From positions 93,664 to 157,663 of the forward strand of contig NIVC01002435.1 in the NCBI GenBank assembly GCA_002269645.1: a DNA stretch of 64,000 bases, written 5' to 3'. This document shows, in pieces, positions 1-12,774 of the stretch. The stretch comes from Macrostomum lignano (Eukaryota). The position numbers were made by a program, and so were the translations under genes. Numbering within the stretch: position 1 is the first letter of the stretch; each line of letters opens with the position of its first letter. The notes under the pieces are model-generated. The model worked only from the letters and a program-made list of their open reading frames with translations, was not told where the DNA came from and searched no databases.

Positions 1-232
1 GTCGAAAAATCAGTTTCTAAAGCTTAATTAAACAGTTTCAAATGTACATGCACTTTACTTCATAATCTTATCACATCGCACATACCTACTAAAAAGCGTC
101 ATATGCAAATTAGGTACCATATATAAATTCGTAGGCATTTGGCATATACATGTAACAGCTAGTAGGTAGTATAACTATAACACAGCAGCCCCAGTCCCTT
201 GCTTAATATAAACAAATCTGCTTTTATTCCAG

Positions 233-1244
233 GCGTCTCCAGAAATATCCTCATCTTCGGAGGCTGAAACCGATACTTTCGGCACTTCGGGCCTTCACGT
301 TCGCAAATTCCACTCCAACTCCCAGCCTCGCCCCGGGGTCAATACCACTAACAGTAATCCCAATTCTCCAGCTCCAGCTCCAAAACCTAATCCGGTTCTT
401 CAACAGTCCAGCTCCCTGCCGAGCCCGGACTCCACAGCTAAGCCGAACTTGAATCCCGTCCCAAAGTCCGATCCGGTTCCGATTCCTAATCCCAACCCCA
501 ATCCCGCGCGCATTCCTAATCCCAACCCAGCCAAAGTCCCAAAACCCATTCCCGCCCGCAAGCCCAAACCGGACCCGGTTGCCAGTCCCGGTCCCAGACA
601 AAACCTGCGAGCTCATCCAGGCCGCATGGAGCCGCGAGCTTCGGCAATTCTGGCTGGCGTCGGCCACCTCCTGGTGCTGCTGATGCTGGGCGCCGCCTGC
701 CTCATCGTCCACTTCGCCGTCAAGCCGTTCCAGCGCGGCTTCTACTGCGACGACGAGAGCATCGGCTACCCGCTGAAGGAGGGCACCGTGCCCTTCAGCA
801 CCTGCATTGGCGTCGGCGTGGTCCTCGGCCTGTTCGTGGTGGTCACTGTCGAGTGCCTGCGGCACTGGCACGCCCCGAGCGGGTGAAATCCGACCGGCCG
901 GCCCACCCCACCCTACTGTCAGTAGTTGGCCGCATATTGCCGGAAAAATTTGCTCCGCTATTTGCAGCCATAACAGCCGGGCTCTACCAGCTGGCCTTCG
1001 CCTGTCTGGCTAACGAGATTTTCACCGTGGTCGGCAAGATGGGCTTCGGCCGGCAGCGGCCGCACTTTCTGGCAGCCTGCCAGCTCAACACCACCTGCGT
1101 GCGCGGCAAACTGTACACCCCCGACTTCTGCCGCCCGCCGGACTCCGGCAAATTCACAAATGCGATGAAGTCTTTTCCCAGCGGGCACTCCTCCTTCTCC
1201 ATGGCCGTGTGCGTCTACCTGGCTGTCTACATGCAGGTCTGTCC

Positions 1245-1308
<64 letters not shown>

Positions 1309-1669
1309 TAGTGTATAAGGGTATCTAGGGTATCTATCTATCCCACAGGCCCGCCTGGCCTTCCGTCACCCGCTGCACTCGCTGAAAAACCTGGCGCAGG
1401 TGGCGCTGGTGCTGGTGGGCTCCAGCGTTGCGATGTCCCGCGTCTCCGACTATAAGCACCACTGGAGCGACATTCTGGCCGGCAGCCTTATCGGCACCGT
1501 CTGCGGCGCCCTGCTGGCCGCCAAGTTCTTCTCGCCGCTTGCGCCAGCTCGCGCTCTGGCTGACGCCCCGGCCGCTGTCGTCTACTCCGAGTCGCCGTCG
1601 CGCGCCGCTGACGGTGGCAACCGCGGCGGCGGCGGCGGCAGAAGCGGCGGGCACGACTTTGTCGCCTAA
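233..1669 (+). CDS. PAP2-family phospholipid phosphatase (PLPP/wunen-like), 3 exons: 233-~882, ~923-1236, 1349-1669
   Basis: Catalytic motifs C1 KMGFGRQRP, C2 PSGH and C3 SRVSDYKHHWSD, plus PFQRGFYCDDESIGYP. Intron 1237(GT)-1348(AG) is phase 0 and joins the frames. The frame is open from 212 through a Pro/Asn-rich N-terminus after the acceptor ttttattccag at 232; first in-frame ATG is at 626. The exon1/exon2 junction cannot be resolved by a canonical in-frame GT-AG (see findings). Confidence 0.9.
1238..1308. repeat. (TCTG)n microsatellite starting at the PLPP intron donor
   Basis: Directly visible: cag|gtctgtccgtctgtctg... Confidence 0.95.
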
Positions 1670-2150
1670 AAAATTTTAATTACTTTGTGCAAAGTTTTAA
1701 CGAAATATTCTTGTTTCGCTACTGCTGTTCCTAAGTAGCTGATCTGCGGTCGCGTTTTATTGGATTGCTGGCGTGCGCTGTTATTTGTACTGTTATCTAA
1801 ATCCTAGATTGCCGAGTTTATAGTTGCTTTTGTTTTAAATGATTTTAAATTGATTTGCGCTGTGATTGCTTTAATTATCCCGAAGTGTGCCGATATAGCC
1901 TTTTTAACTGCGCGCTTCAAATAACATTGATTTTAATTTTGGCTTTCCATCAGTTCTCTCAAATTTCTAATTTGCAGTTAATCATTTACAGCAGAAGTAC
2001 CTAGGGGCAAGGGGGTGGGGCTTTTTGCTGCGTCCATAGTCCATAGTCACCTGGTGCCACCTGTTGAAGGTTCAGGAGCTCCGCCTGGGTGAAGGCCAGT
2101 GACCAATCAAGTCAGCTGATGCAGCCACGTATTTAACGAGCTGATGAAAT

Positions 2151-2248
2151 TTGGGAAGGCTGCACTTAGGGATGTCTTGGGAAGGCTGCACTTAGGGATG
2201 TCTTGGGAAGGCTGCACTTAGGGATGTCTTGGGAAGGCTGCACTTAGG
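2151..2248. repeat. 26-bp tandem repeat, ~3.8 copies
   Basis: Unit ttgggaaggctgcacttagggatgtc. Confidence 0.9.
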
Positions 2249-2975
2249 AGCAGTGCTGGTTGGCGCACATGGCCGGGTGATTTAATAATAGTGGCGCTTA
2301 AGGAAAAATCCGATCTTTTAGCAGAATCCTTGAATATCTCGACGGTCTGGAGGGCTCGTGACTTGATTCTTGTTTGAGAAGGCTGAGCAAAAAAGTTAGC
2401 CTGTGATCTTGAATTTTGTTTGCCTGCGTTGCTTCGTTCTGGCGCAGCAAAAATGTTAGAAATTCCCCGCCCCCTTCGTGGTTCGACAGTAGGAAAAGTG
2501 GCTTGGTGTTCCTACTGTTTAATAAGCTCTCTTCGCAATATACCGTACGCGTGTGTTAAATTAATCAGTAGTTGATGATTATATTTATGCTCGCTGATGT
2601 TCGGAAGTTTGAAGTCATATTTGAGAATTAGTTTAATTAACTGGAGAAGGAAATCGGCGAGAAAGCCAGGGCGGACTGGCAGCTCCGGTCGCTTCGACCC
2701 CAGCCCACCCAGCTCTGATAATCGTGATTTATTGGTCACAGCTTTCATACCTACTGCGCCTTGGATCTGGCATGGCCCCTTCCGCTGCCGGTGGCGCAAA
2801 ACGTTGCTAAATTATACGTTCGTATGGGCACAAATTGATACCGCTATGGATGGCGGTTTCACTACAAGAGAATTATACAATGTACGGTTGAGCAATAGTT
2901 TTGAAGTAGGTGCCACTCTATTATAACGACCATTTCCTGTCGGATGCTCAGCAGTCTCTTGTCTCTAAGTAAGAA

Positions 2976-3355
2976 AAGTGAGCACTCCTGTCTTGAAGTG
3001 AGCACTCCTGTCTTGAAGTGAGCACTCCTGTCTTAAAGTGAGCACTCCTGTCTTAAAGTGAGCTCTCCTGTCTTGAAGTGAGCACTCCTGTCTTGAAGTG
3101 AGCACTCCTGTCTTGAAGTGAGCACTCCTGTCTTGAAGTGAGCACTCCTGTCTTGAAGTGAGCACTCCTGTCTTGAAGTGAGCACTCCTGTCTTAAAGTG
3201 AGCACTCCTGTCTTGAAGTGAGCACTCCTGTCTTGAAGTGAGCACTCCTGTCTTGAAGTGAGCACTCCTGTCTTGAATGGGCATACCGATAACTCCTGTT
3301 TCAAAGTGAGCACTCTTCTTAAATTGAGTACTATTGTCTTGAAGTGAGTACTTTA
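2976..3355. repeat. 20-bp minisatellite
   Basis: Unit aagtgagcactcctgtcttg; explains ORFs 2965-3313. Confidence 0.95.
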
Positions 3356-3698
3356 ACTGAAGGGAGCTCTTTTATATTGGAAAGGCACGCCCCAATGTTA
3401 AAGAGGATTTTCGAAAATAAAGTAAACAGTGAACACCCTCCATTAAGAATTGTGCATCATTTTAGAATTAGAATTTACGAGTAGTATATGTGGATAGTGA
3501 GCATTAGGTATTAGAACTGGATAATGGCAAATATTTTTAGCATCCATTACTTATCCCATTGGGCAATGAAAAGTGCTTTTTGTTTACTTTTCCTCAATAG
3601 CTATATAATTTAGAAGTCCCTGCTATAGTCCAGGTGACACTTAAAAGTCCTTGCTAGCAGAAGTCAAGCAGTCTAAAATCTGTCCCAGTCGCAGCAGT

Positions 3699-6467
3699 TC
3701 ACGGCGGCATGGGACGGCACGCCCGCCGAAGCAGCGCCGCGGAGAACTCGACGAACTCGCACAGTGTGACGATGCTGATGCCGAGCCAGAGGCCGCTGAG
3801 TCCGCCCAGCTGAGACATCAGACTGCTCAGCGGTAAGCTGGTCTTCTCCTCAGTGAACTGGATGTCCAGACTGCGGGGAAACACGCGCAGCTCAAGGAAG
3901 TTTCTCTCCATGAAGCTGTACAGTTGGGAGTGCAGCCGGGCTGAGCAGGCGCTTCTGTTGCAGGCCCGAAGCTGTCCGAACAGTTCCGCAAAATCCTCGC
4001 CCAGCGGCCTGATGAGGGAGCTCAGCCGACCCAGACTCTCCAGCGGTTCAAAGTACTCGCGCGAGATCGTGTCCAGCAGCATCTCCTTGATGCGGTCGAG
4101 CATCTCGGCCTGCGGCCACATCGCTTGCGAGATCGCCGTCACATAGTTCTCGTAGTTGCAGGGGTTCGGGCAGGCCGCCAGCACGTCCAACGGGGACCCC
4201 TCCTGGCGGGCTTGCTGGAAGCAGTCGATTACCCGCGTAACCGGCGCCGCAACGCTGTCCAGCACCCGCAGGGCCTCCGCGGCGGCCCGTCCGTCGTGGT
4301 GATCGTGCGGCTTCCGGCGCAGCTGCATGACGAAGTCCAGCTGGTGCCGGGTGATGTTGAAGCTCGAGTGGCAGTTGGGTCTCCGCGGCCAGTCGAAGCC
4401 GTTCCGCCAGTGATCGTCGACGTGCACGGAGCAGTTGCAGATCTCCTCGGTGCGGCGCAGGATCTGGTGGTAGAGGCAGTCCTCGGTGCGGTAGTTGTAC
4501 TCGTCTAGATGTCCAGTGGCGTGGTTGAAGTGCGGGATCTTGTCACCGTCAGAGCACGGAGCCACCGGCGTGTTGATTAGTGAGCTCCTGTGGGTGGGAA
4601 GCTTCCGTTGCTTGACTTTGACTAAATGAGACTCCAACCCTCCCTTGGACTGGCTGAGCTCATTACCACTCCAGAACAAGCTGCCCTTCCTTGTTGGACT
4701 CGCTGAGCTCGAGTCCGAGGCTACACTCTCAACCGAACAATCTTAAGTCGTTTAAGCTGACAAAGCGGATATCACCTTCAGAGTTATGAGCATGAGCACA
4801 TGCACAGTTCCAAACCCCTTGTCGCTATTTATCACTCTCGCGCCTGCTATCTCCTGTTTTCCTGGAGAAAAGGAGATGGGAAGCGGATGTTTTCGCCTTC
4901 GCGCCAAGGTTTATTAGCCTGTTTTATCTGTCCAGACCGGGACAGCAGCTGCTCCGGCAGATAAGGTTCGGTTGGAGGAGAAAGAGGCGGGGATGCGCTT
5001 CCAGGCTCCGCTCTGAGCTGCATCGCTACTCTCAGTTTTCTCTGCTGTGTCTGCTATTTTATTTGGGCCGTTTTTTCTAACACAACCTGATCTCGTCCGT
5101 GCTATTAAGGCATGAATAATTGATGAACTGCTCCGGCCCAGAGGGAAAAGAAGCAGGATTCAATAGCCGAAATTGCTTCTCGGGGCTCGGGGGAGGGGAC
5201 AGAATGCTCTCGGGGCTCAGGTGCCCATTGAGATGTCACGCATTTTGGGGCGAAACTGGCCGTAATTATTATTAATTTAGACAATTCGAAGATTAATAAT
5301 CATTCGTCCGCCTGCAGTCAATCGCAGTCAATCGCATCAATCGATGAGTGACTACTACAGATAATGAAAATAACAGCATGACACAATAACAGCACACCTA
5401 AAGTGCCACAGGTTGATCTCGGTCAGCATGCCCTTGGGCAGCACCCAGCCGCCTTCGCTCGGGTGCGGAATGGTGCCCTGCTGCTGCAGCGACACCCGCA
5501 ACCCCAGCGGCAGCAGGGCCTCCTCGTACTTCTCCCCGAAGCCGGAGAAGGACTCAACAAAACGACGCTGCGGCACGTTCAGCACCAGCGTCAGGCCGTT
5601 GTCGGTGCCGGCGGCGCTCATCTTCCGCGTCGGCGGCTGGAAGGCAAAGCAGTTCATGAAGTCGTGGTGGTAGTACACGGAAAAGTTCAGGAAATTGCAC
5701 GGCTGCTTCTGGTAGCGACAGAAGATGATGTAGTCCTCCGGGCGCAGGGCGCTGCTCGGCAGGTCGATGAAGTGGCTGAGGAAGAAGCGCGACTTGTCGG
5801 TGTGCTGCAGCTCGCCCCAAAACATCTGCGGCAGGATGGCGACGCCGTCGGAGCTTTGCAGCAGGTCGTGGTGGCCGGTGCCGTTGAAGGCGCGCAGTAT
5901 CAGATCCGGCCGGATGGGCCCGATCGGGTCGCAGATGATCACGTCCGGGAAACTGAAGGCCCCCATCAGAAAGCTGGTCTGCACGTTAACCGGGTAGCTG
6001 AAATAGTAGTGAATTTCGTTGGCCAGGTGGGTGACCCAGCCCATGGTCACCAGGGCCAGGACGCTCGCCCACAACAAGCGTCGCAAGCAGCTGTCGGCCG
6101 CGGCCAGCTGCCGGATGCCGTGCGCCGTGGTGTCGTTGGCGAAGGAGCGAAACAGTGTCTGGAAGCTGGCCGCCCGCTGCATGCTGGACCAGCTGTAGGG
6201 CCCACTGCCTGGGCGCCGCTTCCGTAAGCGAACTGCTGGCCGGAGGCGCCGCACGAGGCGTCCGTCACCGTTGGCCGGTGAAAAGCCGCTGCCGGGCCGC
6301 CCGGCCTCCGAAGCCGCCACAGGCATCTCCGCATCTTCCTGGGTCGGCGACACCGTTAAATCATCGCGACACGAGCGTGGGTCCGGGATGGACGAGCATT
6401 CAAAGCTGACGGTGCGGCTGACGTTGCCTGGCAGCACGGGGATCAGGGAGCTGGATCGGCCGGACAT
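3699..6467 (-). CDS. DEG/ENaC family amiloride-sensitive channel (ENaC/degenerin/FaNaC-type), 2 exons: 6467-5398 and 4587-3699, ~652 aa
   Basis: Pre-TM1 FANDTTAHG; TM1 followed by YFSYPV and FPDVIIC; GTDNGLTLVL; GLRV; Cys-rich CNC and CPNPC; SQAMWP; TM2 LMSQLGGLSGLWLGISIVTLCEF. Donor tttag|gtgtgc (5397) and acceptor cccacccacag|g (4588) are both phase 2, giving EINLWHFR-SSLINTPVAPC. Confidence 0.92.
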
Positions 6468-7147
6468 CACTCAAGGGGATAATTTTGTCGATTGGAATTA
6501 ACTGAGTTTAACAAATATGAGCTCGTGGCATGGACTCAGCTTTTGGATGGGACACTTTTATTCTACCAAAATCTTCCCACCATTTCCCTCATTGGCTGCC
6601 GAATCCAGCGCAGCCTCAGCCTATTCTTCATTACTTCCTGATGAAGGGGAAAATTCTGTCTGTCAGATTTTCAATAGGCAGCCACCTCTGCCTGAGCAGC
6701 ACTGCAGTCCTCCTTTTAATTCGGGGAAAACTACTAGTCCGTACCTTAAGCCTGGCCGAGAGGTCTTACTTTAAAAACCGATTGAGATATTTCTCAGTAT
6801 TTTATCAACCTAGTACGCTCATAATGCCTGGGCATGTCTGTTGCGAAGGTTCCAGCTCTGAACAGACTTGACTAATGGTTGGTTGGTGTTTCAGCTTTCC
6901 GCCTCTCTTGCATCGGCAAATCAGCTAATATCCAATGAAGTTCAGCCTTTGGCTGCGTGCGTGCCCTAGGTCTATGCGAGGTCTCCCTGACTTCGGCTCT
7001 CCCACGCTTTCATATTTGTGTCAGCAGAAGGACCTAAAGCAGAATTTAAACAGTGATTTAACCTGGAAGCTCGGATTCTGTGCATCGCTGCTTCAGCTTA
7101 TTGGATTATCCTCAACTTCTCTACTCAGCCAAGCTCAGCGGTCGATC

Positions 7148-9584
7148 ATGCTGCTCACTGAGTTTCTGGATCGCCTTGGAAAGCTGGACGCCCTGGGCCA
7201 CGTCGGCTTGGACGACTTTGCTGACCGGATCAACTTTCTGTTTACAGGTAGTGACTGACATGCTGTGCAAGGTGTGGTTAGTACGCAAATGAATAGGCTT
7301 GCGTTGCAACAGCCGCCTTGAGCGATCGTGTCATATTGCACCCGTGTCCTATAGTCTCAACCCTACATGCAGCTTCAATCTTCAATTGGAGCTTCCACCC
7401 GATGCCCCAATTTCAGTGCTGCTGCTGATAGTGTTCAGCAGCATCACCACGCTGAAGACTTACTTCCTCAACCCCATCACCTGCTACGTGCCCAACATTC
7501 TGGGCTCGCACGAAGGCCAGACAGCCTACATAACCAGCATGTGTTACACCGACGGTCTTTACAATGTGCCCCTGGACGAATTTGAGATCAAGAACCACTT
7601 GGAGACCTGGTCGGATCGGTACCGGGACCGGAAGATCTACTACTACCAGTGGCTGCCGTTCGTCCTTGCGGCTCAGGGCGTGGCATTCTACGCACCGAGT
7701 CTGTTCTGGCGGCTGTTTGTGCAGTCCAGGGCCAGCTGCGATTTGTGGCAGCTGGCGCGCGCTACCGCCGAGGCGCAGCGATCCGACGGGGAAAAGCGCG
7801 AGAAGACGCTGCGGCAGGTGGCCAGGCAGCTGGAGCTCTGGCTGCGCAGTACGCGGCCTTTGGCGGGCTCCTGGTCAGACAAGCTGCATCGGGGTCTGCG
7901 GGGAAGGTGAGACCCTGTGGAGCGTTCAGGGATGCTTTGCGGAGTATTCGGGGATGCTTTGTGGAGTGTTCAGGGATGCTTTGTGGAGTGTTCAGGGATG
8001 TTTTGTGGAGTGTTCAGGGATGCTGTGTGGAGTGTTCAGGGATGTTTTGTGGAGTGTTCAGGGATGCTTTGTGGAGTGTTCAGGGATGTTTTGTGGAGTG
8101 TTCAGGGATGCTTTGTGGAGTGTTCAGGGATGTTTTGTGGAGTGTTCAGGGATGCTTTGTGGAGTGTTCAGGGATGTTTTGCTGGGTGTTCAGGGATGCT
8201 TTGTGGAGTGTTCAGGGATGTTTTGCTGGGTGTTCAGGATGTTTTGTGGAGTGTTCAGGGATGTTTTGCTGGGTGTTCAGGGATGCTTTGTGGAGTGCTC
8301 AGAGATGCTTTGTGGAGTGCTCAGAGCTTCTTCGTATAGTGCTCATTATATCGTCAATAAATATTAAGTTTTTTTTAAATTCCGTTATTCCATTCATCCC
8401 ATTCTCAAATTCGATGGCCTCCTTCAGCCTGGCCCTCAGCCTACCATCAAAGCGCCTCGGCACTCGACTTGTCTGGGCGTACATCGCTGTCAAGTTGATG
8501 TACATCGGAAATCTGGTCGGCCAGCTGCTAGTGATGGCTTACCTAGTTCGCCCGGACACCTCAGTATCGTTGCTGAGCTCGGTTCTCGGCTTCAGCTCCG
8601 ATCTGGTCGGACACTTGGCGACTGGCGCCGACTGGAGGCGAACCGGTCTGTTCCCGAGATCCGGCTGCTGCGCTGTGGCGCTCAAGGGGCGGCTGGGAAG
8701 ACTCAGGTAGACGCCTTGCTCCATGATCAGTTAATGATTTGTGGATTAGAGTAGAAACCTCTTATGTAAACTGGTTCTAACATGGCTGTGTACAGTGGTG
8801 CTATCAATAGCTCTATCTACAATCGGTAAAAACTTGTGCTTCAAAGGGCTTCATAAATGCCATGTACATCGGTGCTATCGATTACAGAAAAATCAAAGTG
8901 CGAATGCGCTACATGTATGCCTCCCTCCCGTGTCAGATGAGCCTGGCCCAGTGCGCTCTGCCGGTGAACATGATCCACGAGAAACTCTTCGCATTCCTGT
9001 GGCTCTGGTTCATTGTCGCGCTCTTCGCCACTTTGCTCAGCCTCTGTCTGTGGTGCACCCGTTTGGCGCCGGCGCGCGGCCGAAGGCGCCAACTCACGCG
9101 CTGCCTCAGGCTGGCCGGAACCATCGTCGGCCAATCGGAAGAGGACGGCGCCCATCTGAAGCTCGCCAGGGTTCTCGATGGCTTCCTTGACGACTTTGTG
9201 AGGCCAGACGGCTGTCTGGTGCTCAGACTGCTTGAGCTGAGCAGCGGCGACACCGCGGTGGCAGAGATCTGCGCCGGCCTCTTCCGCGCTTACGCCCGCG
9301 CCGCTGACGGAGCTCACAGCGACACCATCGTCCTCACCACGGCGCCCGATGAAGCCGCTGTACCGTCGGCGCCGCCGCTCGCTGGCCAGCAGCACCGCTT
9401 GCGACGCCGCAGCTGCAGCGGGAGCGGCCAGCAGCCGCACTGCCATCATCACCACGGCGGCGGTCTGCATCAACGGGACAGCTTCCTGCGCCAGCAGCAG
9501 CAGCAGCTGCTGAGCCCGGTCGAGTCCTCCACGGAGGCTGAGGCGGCCAGGAAGAAGTTGCCGGAGGCCAACACGTATTTGTGA
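7148..9584 (+). CDS. Innexin (invertebrate gap junction protein), 4 exons: 7148-7247, 7417-7906, ~8428-8706, ~8888/8942-9584
   Basis: N-terminal DDFADRIN; EL1 cysteines (ITCY...MCY); YYQWLPF; TM3 YIAVKLMY; EL2 GLFPR...QCALPVNMIHEK; His/Gln-rich tail. Introns 1 and 2 are phase-consistent. The last acceptor is ambiguous: both 8887 and 8941 are phase-compatible with the 8707 donor. Confidence 0.92.
7918..8330. repeat. 22-bp minisatellite filling innexin intron 2
   Basis: Unit agtgttcagggatgctttgtgg. Confidence 0.95.
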
Positions 9585-10514
9585 GAGGAGCGGGCATCGG
9601 AGTCGGTGACAAACTTGTTAAAAACTCAATAATTATTCAGCTTAAACTATTCAGTATTCAGTAGTGCTATGGTAGAAGATCAATTGTGTTATTTTTCTGC
9701 TAAGACTTAAGAAGAGAGTCTGCAAATTGTTTCAACGAGAGTGTAATATTTTGGCGGCTTGGGTATCCTTTGAGTCGCCACCTTTGAGAGTGCCCAGTAA
9801 ATTCTAGCTCATGCAGTGTTGACTTTTGAGTGACGCAACTGGATGAGGAGGGATTGGGAAGAGCGGAGGACGAAGATTGGATGGATTGAAGCTTCCGCCC
9901 GGATTTCATTGTTTTTTCAAGCATTTTTTAATATCAAAATGGTTGGCCAGGTGATGGTCGCTGGTCGAAAGACACTGCTCACTGGGCGGCGACTTTTCAA
10001 TGTTGCTGAGCATACATTTATCAGAGTTTTTTATAAACGTTTGAATTCTCCCAACGCAGTAAAAATATGGGTGCATTCCATTGCTCCACAATTACTTGGC
10101 AAACAGCACAGCATACACTGTTGCGACAAGCTTTCCTTCAGCCAGCTCAAATTGCAGAGGCCGATTGCCTGGCTTAAGGCGGGCCAGGACAATTAACCGA
10201 TCAGGTTTCGCGGGAACAGGAGATCACCAAGCACTGAAGCGTGGATGTCAGCTCGCAGAGTTTGCTAGTACTCGACTGAAACAGCGATTCGCGCTTTAAA
10301 AGTTCGCGTTTCTTGCGCCCGCTGTTATCAGAAGCAGGCGCAGCATCTTTTGCGCACAGCGCAGTCTCGATTTGAGAAAGAAAACTTTGTCTAGGAATTT
10401 AGCTACTGCTGCATCTTTTAACAGCACAGCATCTTTTTTAGGCTAGTCGCAAAAAAGAATAGTTTAACTTTCTACAGACTTTCACAACTGCTTTGGCGCG
10501 CAAGTACTTTTACC

Positions 10515-11350
10515 AAACCGCATCTATCAAGGAAACACCCTGATCTAGCAAGGAGACACCCTGATCTATCAAGGAAACACCCTGATCTATTAAGGAAACA
10601 CTCTGAGCTATCAAGGAAACACCCTGAGCTATCAAGGAAACACCCTGATCTATCAAGGAAACACCCTGATCTATCAAGGAAACACCCTGATCTATCAAGG
10701 AGACACCCTGATCTATCAAGGAGACACCCTGATCTATCAAGGAAACACCCTGATCTATCAAGGAGACACCCTGATCTATCAAGGAAACACCCTGATCTAG
10801 CAAGGAGACACCCTGATCTATCAAGGAAACACCCTGATCTATTAAGGAAACACTCTGAGCTATCAAGGAAACACCCTGAGCTATCAAGGAAACACCCTGA
10901 TCTATCAAGGAAACACCCTGATCTATCAAGGAGACACCCTGATCTATCAAGGAAACACCCTGATCTATCAAGGAAACACCCTGATCTATTAAGGAAACAC
11001 TCTGAGCTATCAAGGAAACACCCTGAGCTATCAAGGAAACACCCTGATCTATCAAGGAAACACCCTGATCTATCAAGGAAACACCCTGATCTATTAAGGA
11101 AACACTCTGAGCTATCAAGGAAACACCCTGAGCTATCAAGGAAACACCCTGATCTATCAAGGAAACACCCTGATCTATCAAGGAGACACCCTGATCTATC
11201 AAGGAAACACCCTGATCTATCAAGGAAACACCCTGAGCTAGCAAGGAAACACTCTGAGCTATCAAGGAAACACCCTGATCTATCAAGGAAACACCCTGAG
11301 CTATCAAGGAAACACCCTGATCTATCAAGGAAACACTCTGATCTATTAAG
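10515..11350. repeat. 21-bp minisatellite, ~40 copies
   Basis: Unit tatcaaggaaacaccctgatc; explains ORF 10510-11394 (SLIDQGV)n. Confidence 0.95.
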
Positions 11351-11904
11351 GAAAAATCAATTATGTTGAAAGTAAATAGGAAGCAAAATGCCATTAAATA
11401 TTTTCTGATTGCATGACCTTAATAGAGAAAATTGTGTAGTCAATCAGTTTAGCAGAGATTCAAAATGTGATGATAAGTATTAAATAGATGCATTTGCAGA
11501 TTCAGGGGCAAAAGACATCAAACAGAATCAAACAATACAACATGCAGCAAAGCGGATGCCACTATGAGCATTCAGATACAACTTGCTAATTTAATAACAG
11601 CTAAAAAAATGATACACAAGGGACCTAATTAAAGCAAACAATTTGAAAATTTTAGGCTCACCAAAATTTTCGACTTTTATATGCTACGAATGCTACTTGC
11701 GTGTACTAAGTAGACTAATGCGCGCATTATCAGTGCGCTAAATAAAATGCTCCAAAACAACGCGTTAAAAATGGTGTTTGAACAAAAGGCCTGTTCAGCT
11801 GTAACAGCTCAATTTCTTGAGATTTGCGGAACAGAGATTAGAACTATTACAGAAAACCCACTAAATAAAAAGGAAATACAATGTGCAACCTTTTTGTGCT
11901 TATC

Positions 11905-12610
11905 GCTCCCTCAGATCCTTCAGTGGGTCACCGCAGCTCCTGCCCTCAGATCCTTCAGCGGGTCACCGCCGCTCCCCCCTCAGATCCTTCAGCGGGTCAC
12001 CGCCGCTCCCCCCCTCAGATCCTTCAGCGGGTCACCGCCGCTCCCCCCCTCAGATCCTTCAGCGGGTCAGGCTGCTCCCCCCCTCAGATCCTTCAGCGGG
12101 TCACCGCCGCTCCCCCCCTCAGATCCTTCAGCGGGTCACCGCCGCTCCCCCCCTCAGATCCTTCAGCGGGTCACCGCTGCTCCCCCCTCAGATCCTTCAG
12201 CGGGTCACCGCCGCTCCCCCCCTCAGATCCTTCAGCGGGTCACCGCTGCTCCCCCCCCCCTCAGATCCTTCAGCGGGTCACCGCTGCTCCCCCCCCCCTC
12301 AGATCCTTCAGCGGGTCACCGCCGCTCCCCCCTCAGATCCTTCAGCGGGTCACCGCCGCTCCCCCCTCAGATCCTTCAGCGGGTCACCGCCGCTCCCCCC
12401 TCAGATCCTTCAGCGGGTCACCGCCGCTCCCCCCCTCAGATCCTTCAGCGAGTCACCGCTGCTCCCCCCCCTCAGATCCTTCAGCGGGTCACCGCTGCTC
12501 CCCCCCCCCTCAGATCCTTCAGCGGGTCACCGCCGCTCCTCCCCTCATATCCTTCAAGGGAGTCACCGCAACTCCTGCCCCCAGATCCTTCAGGGAGTCA
12601 CCGCAACTCT
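11905..12610. repeat. ~32-36-bp minisatellite with a variable poly-C tract, downstream of AP2S1
   Basis: Unit cagatccttcagcgggtcaccgccgctcc(c)nt. Confidence 0.95.
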
Positions 12611-12774
12611 TCTAATAACTAATTGATCAGAAAACTTGTATAGGTAAACTATTAAAATTCATTGATTTTATGATACCATAATTCGATAATGAAAACTGTA
12701 TCAATGGAATATTTTATAACAAAGTCAACAACTGTTATAAAGCACAGTCTCTGGATTATTGGACGAGCCATTTG

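Noticed and set aside
251-871. Long antisense ORFs mirroring real genes (also 4125-4508, 5403-6227, 23130-23825, 53427-54317, 60332-61027)
   Set aside because: Shadow frames of GC3-rich coding sequence on the opposite strand.
4588-4742. N-terminal part of ORF 3699-4679 and tail of ORF 5355-6470 as coding
   Set aside because: Intronic once the phase-matched 5397/4588 splice is used.
6630-6660. CTGATGA...GAAA hammerhead-like core
   Set aside because: No stem II or stem I pairing is possible.
9900-10160. Possible degenerate BED zinc finger / hAT transposase on the minus strand
   Set aside because: CxxC...H spacing is only suggestive, there are multiple stops, and no element ends were found.
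10510-12626. (SLIDQGV)n and Pro-rich repeat ORFs
   Set aside because: Minisatellite translations.
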